DNA of 32,000 nt from assembly GCF_000016745.1 (NCBI RefSeq), contig NC_009483.1, forward strand, positions 4,530,001 to 4,562,000. The letters run 5' to 3'. The translations under genes and the position numbers were made by a program. Below, piece after piece: positions 8,167 through 15,730 of this stretch (within the stretch, counting starts at the first letter, position 1; each line of letters starts with the position of its first letter). Source of the DNA: Geotalea uraniireducens Rf4. GTDB lineage: Bacteria; Desulfobacterota; Desulfuromonadia; Geobacterales; Geobacteraceae. Under the pieces are notes generated by a model, which worked only from the letters and a program-made list of their open reading frames with translations, had not been told where the DNA came from and made no database searches.

Positions 8167-8280
8167 CTTACTTCCCCCTTGATACTTTTTTGCTTCCGGT
8201 CGACCGGCAGGCAAGAATTTTCTGTTGTTGATTTTCTTCTGGTTAACCCTGCCGATTTGCACGAATTTCACTTGCCCATG

Positions 8281-8332
8281 GGAAACAAAAAGACCAAGTA
8301 CATTCTTTCAACCTCCGGTTATCCGGTCAGTC
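8281..8332 (-). promoter_or_regulatory. Leader copy c3: third, diverged copy of the conserved hairpin (GACUGACCGGAUAACCGGAGGU, 8311-8332) followed by a weak stem and UCUUUUUGUUU
   Basis: The stem CCAG/CUGG of c1 and c2 is replaced by CCGG/CCGG, a compensatory change. The 11-nt UCUUUUUGUUU is identical to the c2 terminator tail. Confidence 0.5.
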
Positions 8333-8394
8333 ACGCCGATGGTTACCGGTGGCCGGGTCCTGATTTTTTCCTTAACGAAAGCCGACTACCTGAA

Positions 8395-10324
8395 ATCGGG
8401 TAGGAGGCGGGATTGCTCCCGCCGTCCTCCCACACCACCGTGCGTACGGTTCCGTACACGGCGGTTCATGAAGTACGTTGAAGTCGGTGAAGCTGGTCTA
8501 TGAGTGATACCAGCCCCAGTTTGTCGAAGTAGAATTTCGGAACAGCTTTGTTCATATGCGCGGCCCCTGCATTCCACCAGGGGCCGCGGCCGTTTGTGGC
8601 CGACCGCCATGCAGTTGCCTCCGATAATCCCCGCCGCATCAGTTTCTTTGCTCGCGTCTTGGGGCGCTTCCACTGCTTCCAGAGAATGCGACGCAGTTTA
8701 CGTCTCAGCCATCCGTCCAGTTCCTCGAAGATGCCTTTTACTTCCGCGTACCGAAAGTAGTTTAACCAACCCCTAAGTTTCGGGGTTGTCTCTTCAACGG
8801 TGGTTTGGATGTTCTGACCCCTTCCCCGCCTAAAGATCGTCTTGAGGTTGGCCTTGAGCCTGGCAGCCGCTTTCTTGGCCACGGTAAGCCGCGGTTTGCG
8901 GTGCCGGGTCATGCTGTAACTCAGAAACGACCTTTTCCACGGACGGTCAACCGCGCTTTTGCCCTGGTTGACCGTGAGCTTGAGCCGCTCGGACAGGTAG
9001 CCGGTAATTGAGGCCATGACACGCTCGCCGCTTCTCCTCGTTGCAACATAGATATTTGCGTCGTCGGCATAGCGGCAGAACTTATGGCCCCTTCTTTCCA
9101 GTTTCTTGTCCAGTTCGTCGAGGAGGATGTTGGACAGCAGCGGCGAGAGAGGCCCGCCTTGCGGCGTGCCTTCCAACCGGGGTGACGTCACTCCTCCTTC
9201 AAGTATCCCTGCCTTAAGGTAGCTGTCGATAAGGGACAGCACCAGACGGTCTCCAACCTTGCGTTTCACCAGCGACATAAGGGTGTCGTGGTGGACTCGG
9301 TCGAAAAATTTCTCAAGGTCAATGTCAACCACCCACCTAAGGCCGCTCTCTACATACTTCCGAGCTGCCTTGATCGCTTGATGGGCGCTCCGTCCAGGGC
9401 GAAACCCGTGGGAACTTATGGAGAAACCAGGGTCGAACAGCGGGCTCAAAACTTGATGCACCGCCTGCTGAATGAGTCGGTCAAGGACGGTGGGAATTCC
9501 CAGCATCCGTGTGCCGCCTCCCGGTTTGGGAATTTCTACTTTCCGCACCGGTTGCGGGTGATACGTTCCCGTCAGCAGTTCTTCTCTGATGCGCGGCCAT
9601 TCCTCCTGTAGGTAGCCCTTCAGGGCCGTTACCGGCATGTTATCGACGCCGGGCGCTCCCTTGTTGCGCATTACCCGTGAGTATGCCGCCATCATGTTGC
9701 CGCGACTGACGATCTTCTCCATCAGTCCCGTTGCCGCTTCCGGCCAGTGAGCTGCTTTCCTTCCCGTGACGTTTGCCGCACCTCTCCCTTTCTCTCGCGG
9801 TTTCCAACCGCTACCCTCCGGGCTGGCGCCGGGTATCCCAACCCGGCCTTCTGCTGCTCCTGTCGTCATCGAAACTCAAGGCTCCTGTCCGCTTACTTCA
9901 AGTTCGGCCCTTTGTCGGTCGGTTATTCCGACTCGTATGGCCTCTGCTGACTTCTGCCAACCCATCCCGGCACCTCTCGATGCCGGTAGCACAAGGCAGG
10001 TTGACAGACCTCCCAGGGTAATGCGCGTGACCTTCATCCCATATACCCGCCGCATCTACTTCCACATCTTTCTGGATGGTTATCGGGCTTTGAATCTGTT
10101 TGCCTTCTCGCCCAGATGTGGCTGCCTCATATGCGATTCCTGTTCGTCGGGCCAGGACTTTGCCTACAGCTTCCTTCAGATTCCGGGTCGCCCCGGACAC
10201 CCTTGCTGTTCAGCTATCGGTTCCCACCATCAGGGTCCGAAGAGGACTTTCACCTCCAAGTCACCAATCAGGCACCATACCCAATTGGATGGCGCTTACG
10301 CGCCACGCGCCATGCCTGGCGCAC
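8395..10324 (-). mobile_element. Group II intron, bacterial class C-like (about 1.93 kb); 3' end accurate to a few nt
   Basis: The 5' end reads GUGCGCC at 10324. Domain V (8435-8464) is CCGCCGUGUACG-GAAC-CGUACGCACGGUGG with a CGC triad and a 2-nt bulge. Domain VI (8398-8431) has a GCAA loop and a bulged A at 8401. An internal RT/maturase ORF is present. The insertion lies 9 nt after a terminator stem. Confidence 0.85.
8466..9722 (-). CDS. Group II intron-encoded reverse transcriptase/maturase (no endonuclease domain)
   Basis: RT motifs '...GVDNMPV...', 'TPQGGPLSPLLSNILL' and 'FCRYADDANIYV', followed by a maturase X region and an ending '...FYFDKLGLVSL'. Start chosen at MEKIVSRGN (ATG 9722), giving about 418 aa. 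Confidence 0.9.
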   Translation of the reverse strand: MEKIVSRGNMMAAYSRVMRNKGAPGVDNMPVTALKGYLQEEWPRIREELLTGTYHPQPVRKVEIPKPGGGTRMLGIPTVLDRLIQQAVHQVLSPLFDPGFSISSHGFRPGRSAHQAIKAARKYVESGLRWVVDIDLEKFFDRVHHDTLMSLVKRKVGDRLVLSLIDSYLKAGILEGGVTSPRLEGTPQGGPLSPLLSNILLDELDKKLERRGHKFCRYADDANIYVATRRSGERVMASITGYLSERLKLTVNQGKSAVDRPWKRSFLSYSMTRHRKPRLTVAKKAAARLKANLKTIFRRGRGQNIQTTVEETTPKLRGWLNYFRYAEVKGIFEELDGWLRRKLRRILWKQWKRPKTRAKKLMRRGLSEATAWRSATNGRGPWWNAGAAHMNKAVPKFYFDKLGLVSLIDQLHRLQRTS

Positions 10325-10423
10325 AAACAAAAAGAGGCTAAGGAAATTTCCTTAGCCTCCAGTTGTCTGGTCAGCCGCCGTTCGTTAAGAACCGGTTACT
10401 TAAACTTATTTACCTATCGTTTT
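10325..10423 (-). promoter_or_regulatory. Leader copy c2: conserved hairpin GGCUGACCAGACAACUGGAGGC (10355-10376) overlapping an intrinsic terminator (stem 10334-10359, U-run 10325-10333)
   Basis: The terminator GAGGCUAAGG/CCUUAGCCUC differs from c1 by one compensatory pair. The group II intron starts immediately downstream at 10324. Confidence 0.6.
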
Positions 10424-10432
10424 AATAGACTA
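10411..10432 (-). promoter_or_regulatory. Operator-like motif site B (CTATTAAAACGATAG)
   Basis: Fits CTAY-N7-ATAG. Located just downstream of the -10 element. Confidence 0.35.
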
Positions 10433-10458
10433 ATATCAGGTATAAAAAATGCTGTCAA
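10430..10458 (-). promoter_or_regulatory. Sigma70-like promoter TTGACA-N17-TATTAG
   Basis: Consensus -35 hexamer, 17-nt spacer and the same -10 hexamer as at 5475-5480. It lies 36 nt downstream of the nifH-like stop. Confidence 0.5.
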
Positions 10459-10493
10459 CAATTTTTTCATTTGAAACAATATTTCTTGATTGT

Positions 10494-11360
10494 TTAAATT
10501 CCTTCGCCATTCGATATTACTCCAGTTTCCAACTCAACAATCCGGTCACCCCACCCCCTGGCCCAGTTTGTCATTTCCTCACGGGAGAGCGAATGGGGAA
10601 GGCCAACCGCTTCATGCTCGGCGATATGCCTTGCCAGACGTCGGTAGAGGTAGGCGTGGTTCGACAGTGGCGCAGCGTCAATCACGGTACGGCCGTAGAG
10701 CTCGCACTGCATAACCACCAGCGAACGGGGTATGTACCGAACATCCGTCACCCCCGTTTTAGCGGCGAAGTCGGCGATTATCGACTCCATGAATGGAGCG
10801 GCCAGGCCGTTGGCAAGTATGCCGCCGAATGTCAATCGCCCTCCGTCCCCGTGCTTCTGGATGGTCCTGAGGATATTGTTGGCAGCAAAGATCGACATGA
10901 AATCCGATGAGCTCACCACATAAACCCGTTCCGCGATGCCATTGAGGAGCGGCGCGGTAATGCCGCCGCAGACCGCTTCCGCCGATACGTCGTACAGGAC
11001 AAAGTCCGGCCGGTAGCTCTCCAGGAAGGACGGTTCACCCAACCGGGAAATAACGGCTTTGAAACGATGTCCGCTGCAACCCACATGCGGATCAGGCATG
11101 CCCGCCTCGACGCAGAGAACCCCTTTGAATCCGGTGACGGCCACATCTTCCACAGCCAGAGGCCGCTTTGACGAGAGGAGATCAAGGATGGTTTTTACTC
11201 TCACATCGCCCCTGAGGGTTCTTGTCGAATCATGTCTGGCGTCAAACCCGATCTGGACGACCCGGAATCCCAACTCGGCCAGTGCCGCACTGATGTTTGC
11301 GGCCGTGGTCGAGGTCCCGACGCCTCCCTTGCCATACAGGACAATATGCTGCGCAGCCAT
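10494..11360 (-). CDS. NifH/BchL-family Fe-protein-like ATPase, orphan, with a degenerate Walker A
   Basis: Alignable by eye to NifH across most of its length. 'CVEAGMPDPHVGCSGHR' and 'YDVSAEAVCGGI' keep both 4Fe-4S ligand cysteines. The P-loop is GKGGVGTSTT, against GKGGIGKSTT in NifH. No NifD/K/E/N-like partner is present in the window. Confidence 0.8.
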   Translation of the reverse strand: MAAQHIVLYGKGGVGTSTTAANISAALAELGFRVVQIGFDARHDSTRTLRGDVRVKTILDLLSSKRPLAVEDVAVTGFKGVLCVEAGMPDPHVGCSGHRFKAVISRLGEPSFLESYRPDFVLYDVSAEAVCGGITAPLLNGIAERVYVVSSSDFMSIFAANNILRTIQKHGDGGRLTFGGILANGLAAPFMESIIADFAAKTGVTDVRYIPRSLVVMQCELYGRTVIDAAPLSNHAYLYRRLARHIAEHEAVGLPHSLSREEMTNWARGWGDRIVELETGVISNGEGI

Positions 11361-11427
11361 GGATAATCCTCTCTTCCGGGAGCTTATGCCTCATTTTCAG
11401 ACCATGAGGCGCCGACCTCAATGATAT

Positions 11428-11449
11428 AAATCTATCTACTTAATAGACT
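11428..11449 (-). promoter_or_regulatory. Operator-like motif site C (CTATTAAGTAGATAG)
   Basis: Fits CTAY-N7-ATAG. It lies about 70-90 nt upstream of the nifH-like start. Confidence 0.35.
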
Positions 11450-11495
11450 TATAATGTAAAAAATTTTCCCTGCTTTTACCTTCAATTCAGGGATT

Positions 11496-11516
11496 ATCGA
11501 CTAATCTACTTAAGTC
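11496..11516 (-). promoter_or_regulatory. Operator-like motif site D (CTTAAGTAGATTAG), weaker match
   Basis: Shares the TAAGTAGAT core. It overlaps the yezD stop codon. Confidence 0.25.
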
Positions 11517-11673
11517 TGATCTTTTCGTTGCGATCAATCTGAATCACCTTGCCATCCTGGATTACCAAGGTAACGGTCCCGTAACGGATCGCCCCCACGG
11601 ATTCGCGGATCCTCTGCTCCAGCTCCCGGCTCCACGCTTGCGTTGTTACTGTTTCGACACTTCTTATCATCAT
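11506..11673 (-). CDS. yezD: YezD/DUF2292-family small protein (55 aa; below the ORF-track length cut-off)
   Basis: Hand translation gives MMIRSVETVTTQAWSRELEQRIRESVGAIRYGTVTLVIQDGKVIQIDRNEKIRLK. 'YG(S/T)V.L.IQDGKV.QI...EK.R' is the DUF2292 pattern. A GGAGG RBS lies 3 nt upstream. Confidence 0.7.
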   Translation of the reverse strand: MMIRSVETVTTQAWSRELEQRIRESVGAIRYGTVTLVIQDGKVIQIDRNEKIRLK

Positions 11674-11719
11674 CGCCTCCTCTGCCCCGGGTAAACGGAC
11701 ACATTTCCGTTAAGCACTC

Positions 11720-12790
11720 TCATATCTGGTAATCATCGACAAACACGCGGAACTTCCGTGCCCTGACAAAAACGGTTTCACCAACCTTGAGCGCCAGTTT
11801 CTGGTAAACATCCCTGGTCAGTTCCGCATCGAGGCTTTCAAAGGTATCCCCCCGCTCCAGTTCTACCCGCACGATCGGCCCGATCGAGTGGATATGGCGA
11901 ATCACCGCTTCGACAGAGGAACTGTCCGCGTAGCAACGCTCGATCTCCAGGTCGTGGGGGCGCACATAGCCGACTGCCGGCTGGTCCGGCAAAGCCGCAT
12001 GCTCCGGGGCGGACAGTTCCATTTGCCCAAGCTGCACATGACCATCATGGACCCTGCCGTGGAAGAGGTTGACGTTGCCGAGGAAGTTGTAGACAAAGGG
12101 CGTCGCGGGGCGGTCGTAGACCTCCTCCGGTGTTCCCGCCTGCTCGACCCTGCCCTGGTTCATGATCACCACCCGGTCGGCGACCTCAAGGGCCTCCTCC
12201 TGATCATGGGTGACGAAGACGCTCGTGATATGCAGCTCGTCATGGAGCCTGCGCAGCCAGCGGCGCAGCTCCTGGCGGACCCGCGCATCGAGGGCGCCGA
12301 ATGGCTCGTCGAGAAGCAGTACCTTCGGCTCCACCGCCAGGGCCCGGGCCAAGGCAACCCGCTGGCGCTGCCCGCCGGAAAGCTGGGACGGAAAACGATG
12401 GGCCATCCCCTCCAGCTGTACGAGACGGATCAGCTCATGGACCTTGGTGCTGATCTCCGCCTTGCCCGGTCGGGTACTGCGCGGCCGGACCTTGAGACCA
12501 AAGGCGATGTTTTCAAAAACCGTCATATGCTTGAACAGGGCGTAGTGCTGGAAGACGAACCCCACCTTCCGCTCGCGGACGGCCCGACGCGTGGTGTCCT
12601 CCCCGTGGAAGCGGATGCTTCCGCTATCCGGGGTTTCCAGGCCGGCGATGATCCGCAGCAGTGTGGTTTTGCCGCAGCCGGACGGACCAAGAAGGGCGAT
12701 CAGCTCGCCGGTCGGGATATCCACGCTGACATCCTTGAGTGCAGCAAATCCGTTGAAGCTCTTGGTTATGTTCTTTACATCAATACTCAT
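11720..12790 (-). CDS. cysA: Sulfate/thiosulfate ABC transporter ATP-binding protein
   Basis: Walker [25 protein letters not shown] and VTHD, plus a C-terminal regulatory domain. Synteny with cysT, cysW and sbp. Confidence 0.9.
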   Translation of the reverse strand: MSIDVKNITKSFNGFAALKDVSVDIPTGELIALLGPSGCGKTTLLRIIAGLETPDSGSIRFHGEDTTRRAVRERKVGFVFQHYALFKHMTVFENIAFGLKVRPRSTRPGKAEISTKVHELIRLVQLEGMAHRFPSQLSGGQRQRVALARALAVEPKVLLLDEPFGALDARVRQELRRWLRRLHDELHITSVFVTHDQEEALEVADRVVIMNQGRVEQAGTPEEVYDRPATPFVYNFLGNVNLFHGRVHDGHVQLGQMELSAPEHAALPDQPAVGYVRPHDLEIERCYADSSSVEAVIRHIHSIGPIVRVELERGDTFESLDAELTRDVYQKLALKVGETVFVRARKFRVFVDDYQI

Positions 12791-12817
12791 GCGGTTTCCC
12801 CATACTCTTTCAAGATG

Positions 12818-13702
12818 TTACTCATTGCCGGGCACCGGTTGCCGTTCCCGATTGAGCCGCCACTCCACCAAGCTCTTTGCCACCAGGGTAACGATGGCCA
12901 GCATCGCCAGGAGCGACGCGACGGCAAATGCCGCCACGTAGTTATATTCGTTGTAAAGGATCTCCACATGAAGGGGCATGGTATTGGTGGAACCGCGCAC
13001 ATGGCCGGAGACCACCGATACTGCACCGAATTCCCCCATGGCGCGGGCATTACAGAGGATGACGCCGTAAAGAATCCCCCACTTGATGTTCGGCAGGGTC
13101 ACCCTGAAGAAGGTCTGCAACCCGCCGGCGCCCAGAACCAGGGCAGCCTCCTCTTCATCCTTCCCCTGCGCCTCCATGAGGGGGATGAGTTCCCTCGCCA
13201 CGAAGGGAAAGGTAACGAAGATGGTTGCCAGGATGATCCCCGGCACGGCAAAGAGGATCTTGACGTCGTGCGCCTGCAACCACGGCCCGAACCATCCCTG
13301 GAGCCCGAAGAGCAGCACATAAATCAGACCGGATATGACCGGAGAAACGGAGAAAGGGAGATCGATCAGGGTGATGAGAAAACTCTTGCCGGGAAAGTCG
13401 AACTTGGCGATCACCCATGCGGCGATAACGCCGAAAACCAGGTTGAGCGGCACGCAGACCGCCGCCGTCAGCAGGGTGAGCTTGATGGAGGCAATGGCGT
13501 CCGGGTCGCGGAAAGCGGCGAAGTAAGCCGCTGCCCCCTTTTCCAGGGCCTGGCTGAAGACCGCCGCCAACGGCAGCAGAAGGAAGAGACCGAGAAAGAT
13601 GAGCGCAACGGTGATGAGCAGCCAGCGCACTGCTGCCGGTTCCGTCAATTCCGCACCGGGTATCCGGTCCTTTTTAGGTTTCAAGCCGCCAATCGGATTC
13701 AT
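12818..13702 (-). CDS. cysW: Sulfate ABC transporter permease
   Basis: Start chosen at [11 protein letters not shown] (ATG 13702, GGGGGGAG RBS). The ORF-track extension to 14167 overlaps cysT and was rejected. Multi-TM with '...[25 protein letters not shown]'. Confidence 0.85.
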   Translation of the reverse strand: MNPIGGLKPKKDRIPGAELTEPAAVRWLLITVALIFLGLFLLLPLAAVFSQALEKGAAAYFAAFRDPDAIASIKLTLLTAAVCVPLNLVFGVIAAWVIAKFDFPGKSFLITLIDLPFSVSPVISGLIYVLLFGLQGWFGPWLQAHDVKILFAVPGIILATIFVTFPFVARELIPLMEAQGKDEEEAALVLGAGGLQTFFRVTLPNIKWGILYGVILCNARAMGEFGAVSVVSGHVRGSTNTMPLHVEILYNEYNYVAAFAVASLLAMLAIVTLVAKSLVEWRLNRERQPVPGNE

Positions 13703-13716
13703 TCTCCCCCCTTTCT

Positions 13717-14553
13717 TTATTGTTCCGCAAACCGTCTGCTCCATTTCTGGAGCAGGTTGACGGCAAACAGCAGGATGAACGAGGCCGAGAGCATGACCGA
13801 GGCAATGGCGGTGGCCCCGGCATAATCGTACTGTTCCAGCTTGGTGATGATCAGGAGCGGGGTGATTTCCGAGACCATCGGCATGTTGCCGGCTATGAAG
13901 ATGATCGAGCCGTACTCTCCGACCGCCCTGGCAAAGGAGAGGGCAAATCCGGTCAGGAGTGAGGGGAGCATGACGGGAAACAGGACCCGGTGAAACGTCT
14001 GCCAGCGGTTGGCGCCCAAGCAGGCGGCGGCCTCCTCGATTTCCGTTTCCAGCTCCTCCAGCACTGGCTGGACGGTGCGCACGACAAACGGCAGGCCGAT
14101 GAAGACCATTGCCACGAGAATGCCGAGGGGCGTATAGGCGACCTTGATGCCGTGCGGTTCCAGCCATTTGCCGAGCCAGCCGTTCGGGGCGTAGACCGAT
14201 GCCAGGGTAATGCCGGCAACGGCTGTCGGCAGGGCAAAGGGGAGATCGACCAGGGCATCGATGATCCTTTTGCCGGGAAAGCGGTAACGCACCAGTACCC
14301 AGGCCACCAGCACCCCGAACAGAGCATTGATGGACGCCGCCAGGAGTGCAGCGCCGAAGGTCACCCGGTAGGAGGCGACCACCCGCGGCGCGGTTACGGC
14401 CGCGACAAAATCCCCGAAGGTGAGGGTTGCCGTTTTGAAAACCAGCGCAGACAGAGGAATCAGCACGATCAGACAGAGATAGAAAATCGTGTAGCCGAGT
14501 GTCAAGCCGAATCCGGGCAGGACGTTATGTCGTTTCTTGATGAAAAATTTCAT
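13717..14553 (-). CDS. cysT: Sulfate ABC transporter permease
   Basis: The CysT-like N-terminus reads [34 protein letters not shown]. The EAA loop is '[21 protein letters not shown]'. Confidence 0.88.
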   Translation of the reverse strand: MKFFIKKRHNVLPGFGLTLGYTIFYLCLIVLIPLSALVFKTATLTFGDFVAAVTAPRVVASYRVTFGAALLAASINALFGVLVAWVLVRYRFPGKRIIDALVDLPFALPTAVAGITLASVYAPNGWLGKWLEPHGIKVAYTPLGILVAMVFIGLPFVVRTVQPVLEELETEIEEAAACLGANRWQTFHRVLFPVMLPSLLTGFALSFARAVGEYGSIIFIAGNMPMVSEITPLLIITKLEQYDYAGATAIASVMLSASFILLFAVNLLQKWSRRFAEQ

Positions 14554-14564
14554 CGATATATCCT

Positions 14565-14634
14565 GTAGGGGCGTACCCGAGTGTGCGCCCTTTCCGTTGT
14601 GGATAACAGGGCGGACACATAGGTCCGCCCCTGT
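14565..14634. repeat. Paired REP-like palindromic hairpins (GTAGGGGCGTACCCGAGTGTGCGCCC ... GGGCGGACACATAGGTCCGCCCCTGT)
   Basis: Two 8-bp GC-rich hairpins in inverted orientation between sbp and cysT. The same architecture occurs at 31572-31650. Confidence 0.75.
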
Positions 14635-14644
14635 CTACACCATG

Positions 14645-15658
14645 TCACTTGCTCGGTTTATAGATCTGGTCAAACAACCCGCCATCGGTAAAGTGTTTCT
14701 TCTGGGCCGCTCGCCAACCGCCGAAAAGCTCATCGATGGTGAAGAGCTTCACCTTGGGAAAGTTCTTGGCGTACTTTGCCGCCACCTTCTTGTCGCGGGG
14801 GCGATAGTAGTTCTTGGCCGCAATCTCCTGCCCTTCAGGGGTGTAGAGATACTTGAGGTACTCTTCCGCTACCTTGCGGGTCCCCTTCTTGTCCACCACC
14901 TTGTCCACCACGGCTACCGGCGGTTCTGCGAGGATGCTCAGCGACGGAACAACGATCTCGAACTTGTCTTTACCCAGTTCGTTCACAGCGAGAAATGCCT
15001 CGTTCTCCCAGGCGAGAAGCACGTCGCCGATCCCCCTCTGGACAAAGGTGGTCGTTGAGCCACGGGCGCCGGAATCAAGGACCGGAACGTTCTTGAACAG
15101 CTTGCCGACAAATTCCTTTGCCTTGGCTTCGTTGCCCCCCTTCTGCTTCAGGGCGTAGCCCCAGGCAGCCAGGTAGTTCCAGCGGGCGCCGCCGGAGGTT
15201 TTCGGGTTCGGTGTAATCACCGAGATCCCAGGTTTCACCAGGTCATTCCAGTCCCTGATTTTCTTCGGGTTGCCTTTGCGGACCAGGAAGACAATGGTGG
15301 AGGTGTAAGGGGAACTGTTATTTGGCAGACGCTTCTGCCAATTGGCAGGGATCAGCTTGGCCTTGTCGTGAATTTCATCGATGTCGTAAGCCAGCGCCAG
15401 CGTCACCACATCGGCTTCAAGGCCGTCGATGACTGCACGCGCCTGCTTGCCGGAACCGCCGTGGGACTGCTTGACGGTAATGTTCTCCCCGCTCTTTTTC
15501 TTCCAGTACTGGGCAAAGGCCCCGTTGAAGTCCTGGTAGAGCTCCCGGGTCGGGTCATAGGAAACGTTGAGCAGGCTTACTTCCGCCAGCGCGGCGACGG
15601 GCACGGAAACGGCCAGGGCCGCGAAGACGAGGATTTTGCTTATTTTTTTCAATAACAT
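14645..15658 (-). CDS. sbp: Periplasmic sulfate/thiosulfate-binding protein
   Basis: Signal peptide followed by '[66 protein letters not shown]', a strong Sbp/CysP signature. AAGGAGG RBS. Confidence 0.9.
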   Translation of the reverse strand: MLLKKISKILVFAALAVSVPVAALAEVSLLNVSYDPTRELYQDFNGAFAQYWKKKSGENITVKQSHGGSGKQARAVIDGLEADVVTLALAYDIDEIHDKAKLIPANWQKRLPNNSSPYTSTIVFLVRKGNPKKIRDWNDLVKPGISVITPNPKTSGGARWNYLAAWGYALKQKGGNEAKAKEFVGKLFKNVPVLDSGARGSTTTFVQRGIGDVLLAWENEAFLAVNELGKDKFEIVVPSLSILAEPPVAVVDKVVDKKGTRKVAEEYLKYLYTPEGQEIAAKNYYRPRDKKVAAKYAKNFPKVKLFTIDELFGGWRAAQKKHFTDGGLFDQIYKPSK

Positions 15659-15693
15659 GATGCTGCCTCCTTGTGTTGTTTTACGCGTCTCGT

Positions 15694-15714
15694 AAATCTA
15701 TCTATTTAGTAGTT
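15694..15714 (-). promoter_or_regulatory. Operator-like motif site E (CTACTAAATAGATAG)
   Basis: Fits CTAY-N7-ATAG. It lies 36-56 nt upstream of the sbp start, inside the presumed promoter. Confidence 0.35.
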
Positions 15715-15730
15715 TAATGAGACAAAAAAA

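Noticed and set aside
9723-10341. ORFs 9766-10341, 9773-10021, 9898-10200 and 10100-10474 near the 5' part of the intron.
   Set aside because: They overlap intron RNA domains I-IV, which are GC-rich and structured. They have no RBS and no recognisable protein features, and the region is explained by the ribozyme.
11888-13825. A 645-aa ORF on the plus strand spanning cysA and cysW.
   Set aside because: It is antisense to two well-supported ABC genes. Its composition is Arg/Gly/Pro/His-rich and low-complexity, with no recognisable domain, which is typical of a GC-rich shadow ORF. The same reasoning applies to 24693-25724 (antisense to polA), 1962-2633, 2587-3201, 2678-3511, 5506-6342, 13990-14568, 17191-17874, 30685-31470 and 31474-31944.
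13703-14167. N-terminal extension of the cysW ORF (449 aa in the track).
   Set aside because: The extension overlaps cysT in another frame and is Arg/Gly-rich. A proper start exists at 13702 with a strong RBS, giving a CysW-sized, TM-rich protein. Similar extensions were trimmed for the ABC ATPase (2660), the methyltransferase (5388), the porin (8271), the IEP (9869), Smr (17282), LarE-like (28005), DUF4177 (26050) and the cytochrome (30321).
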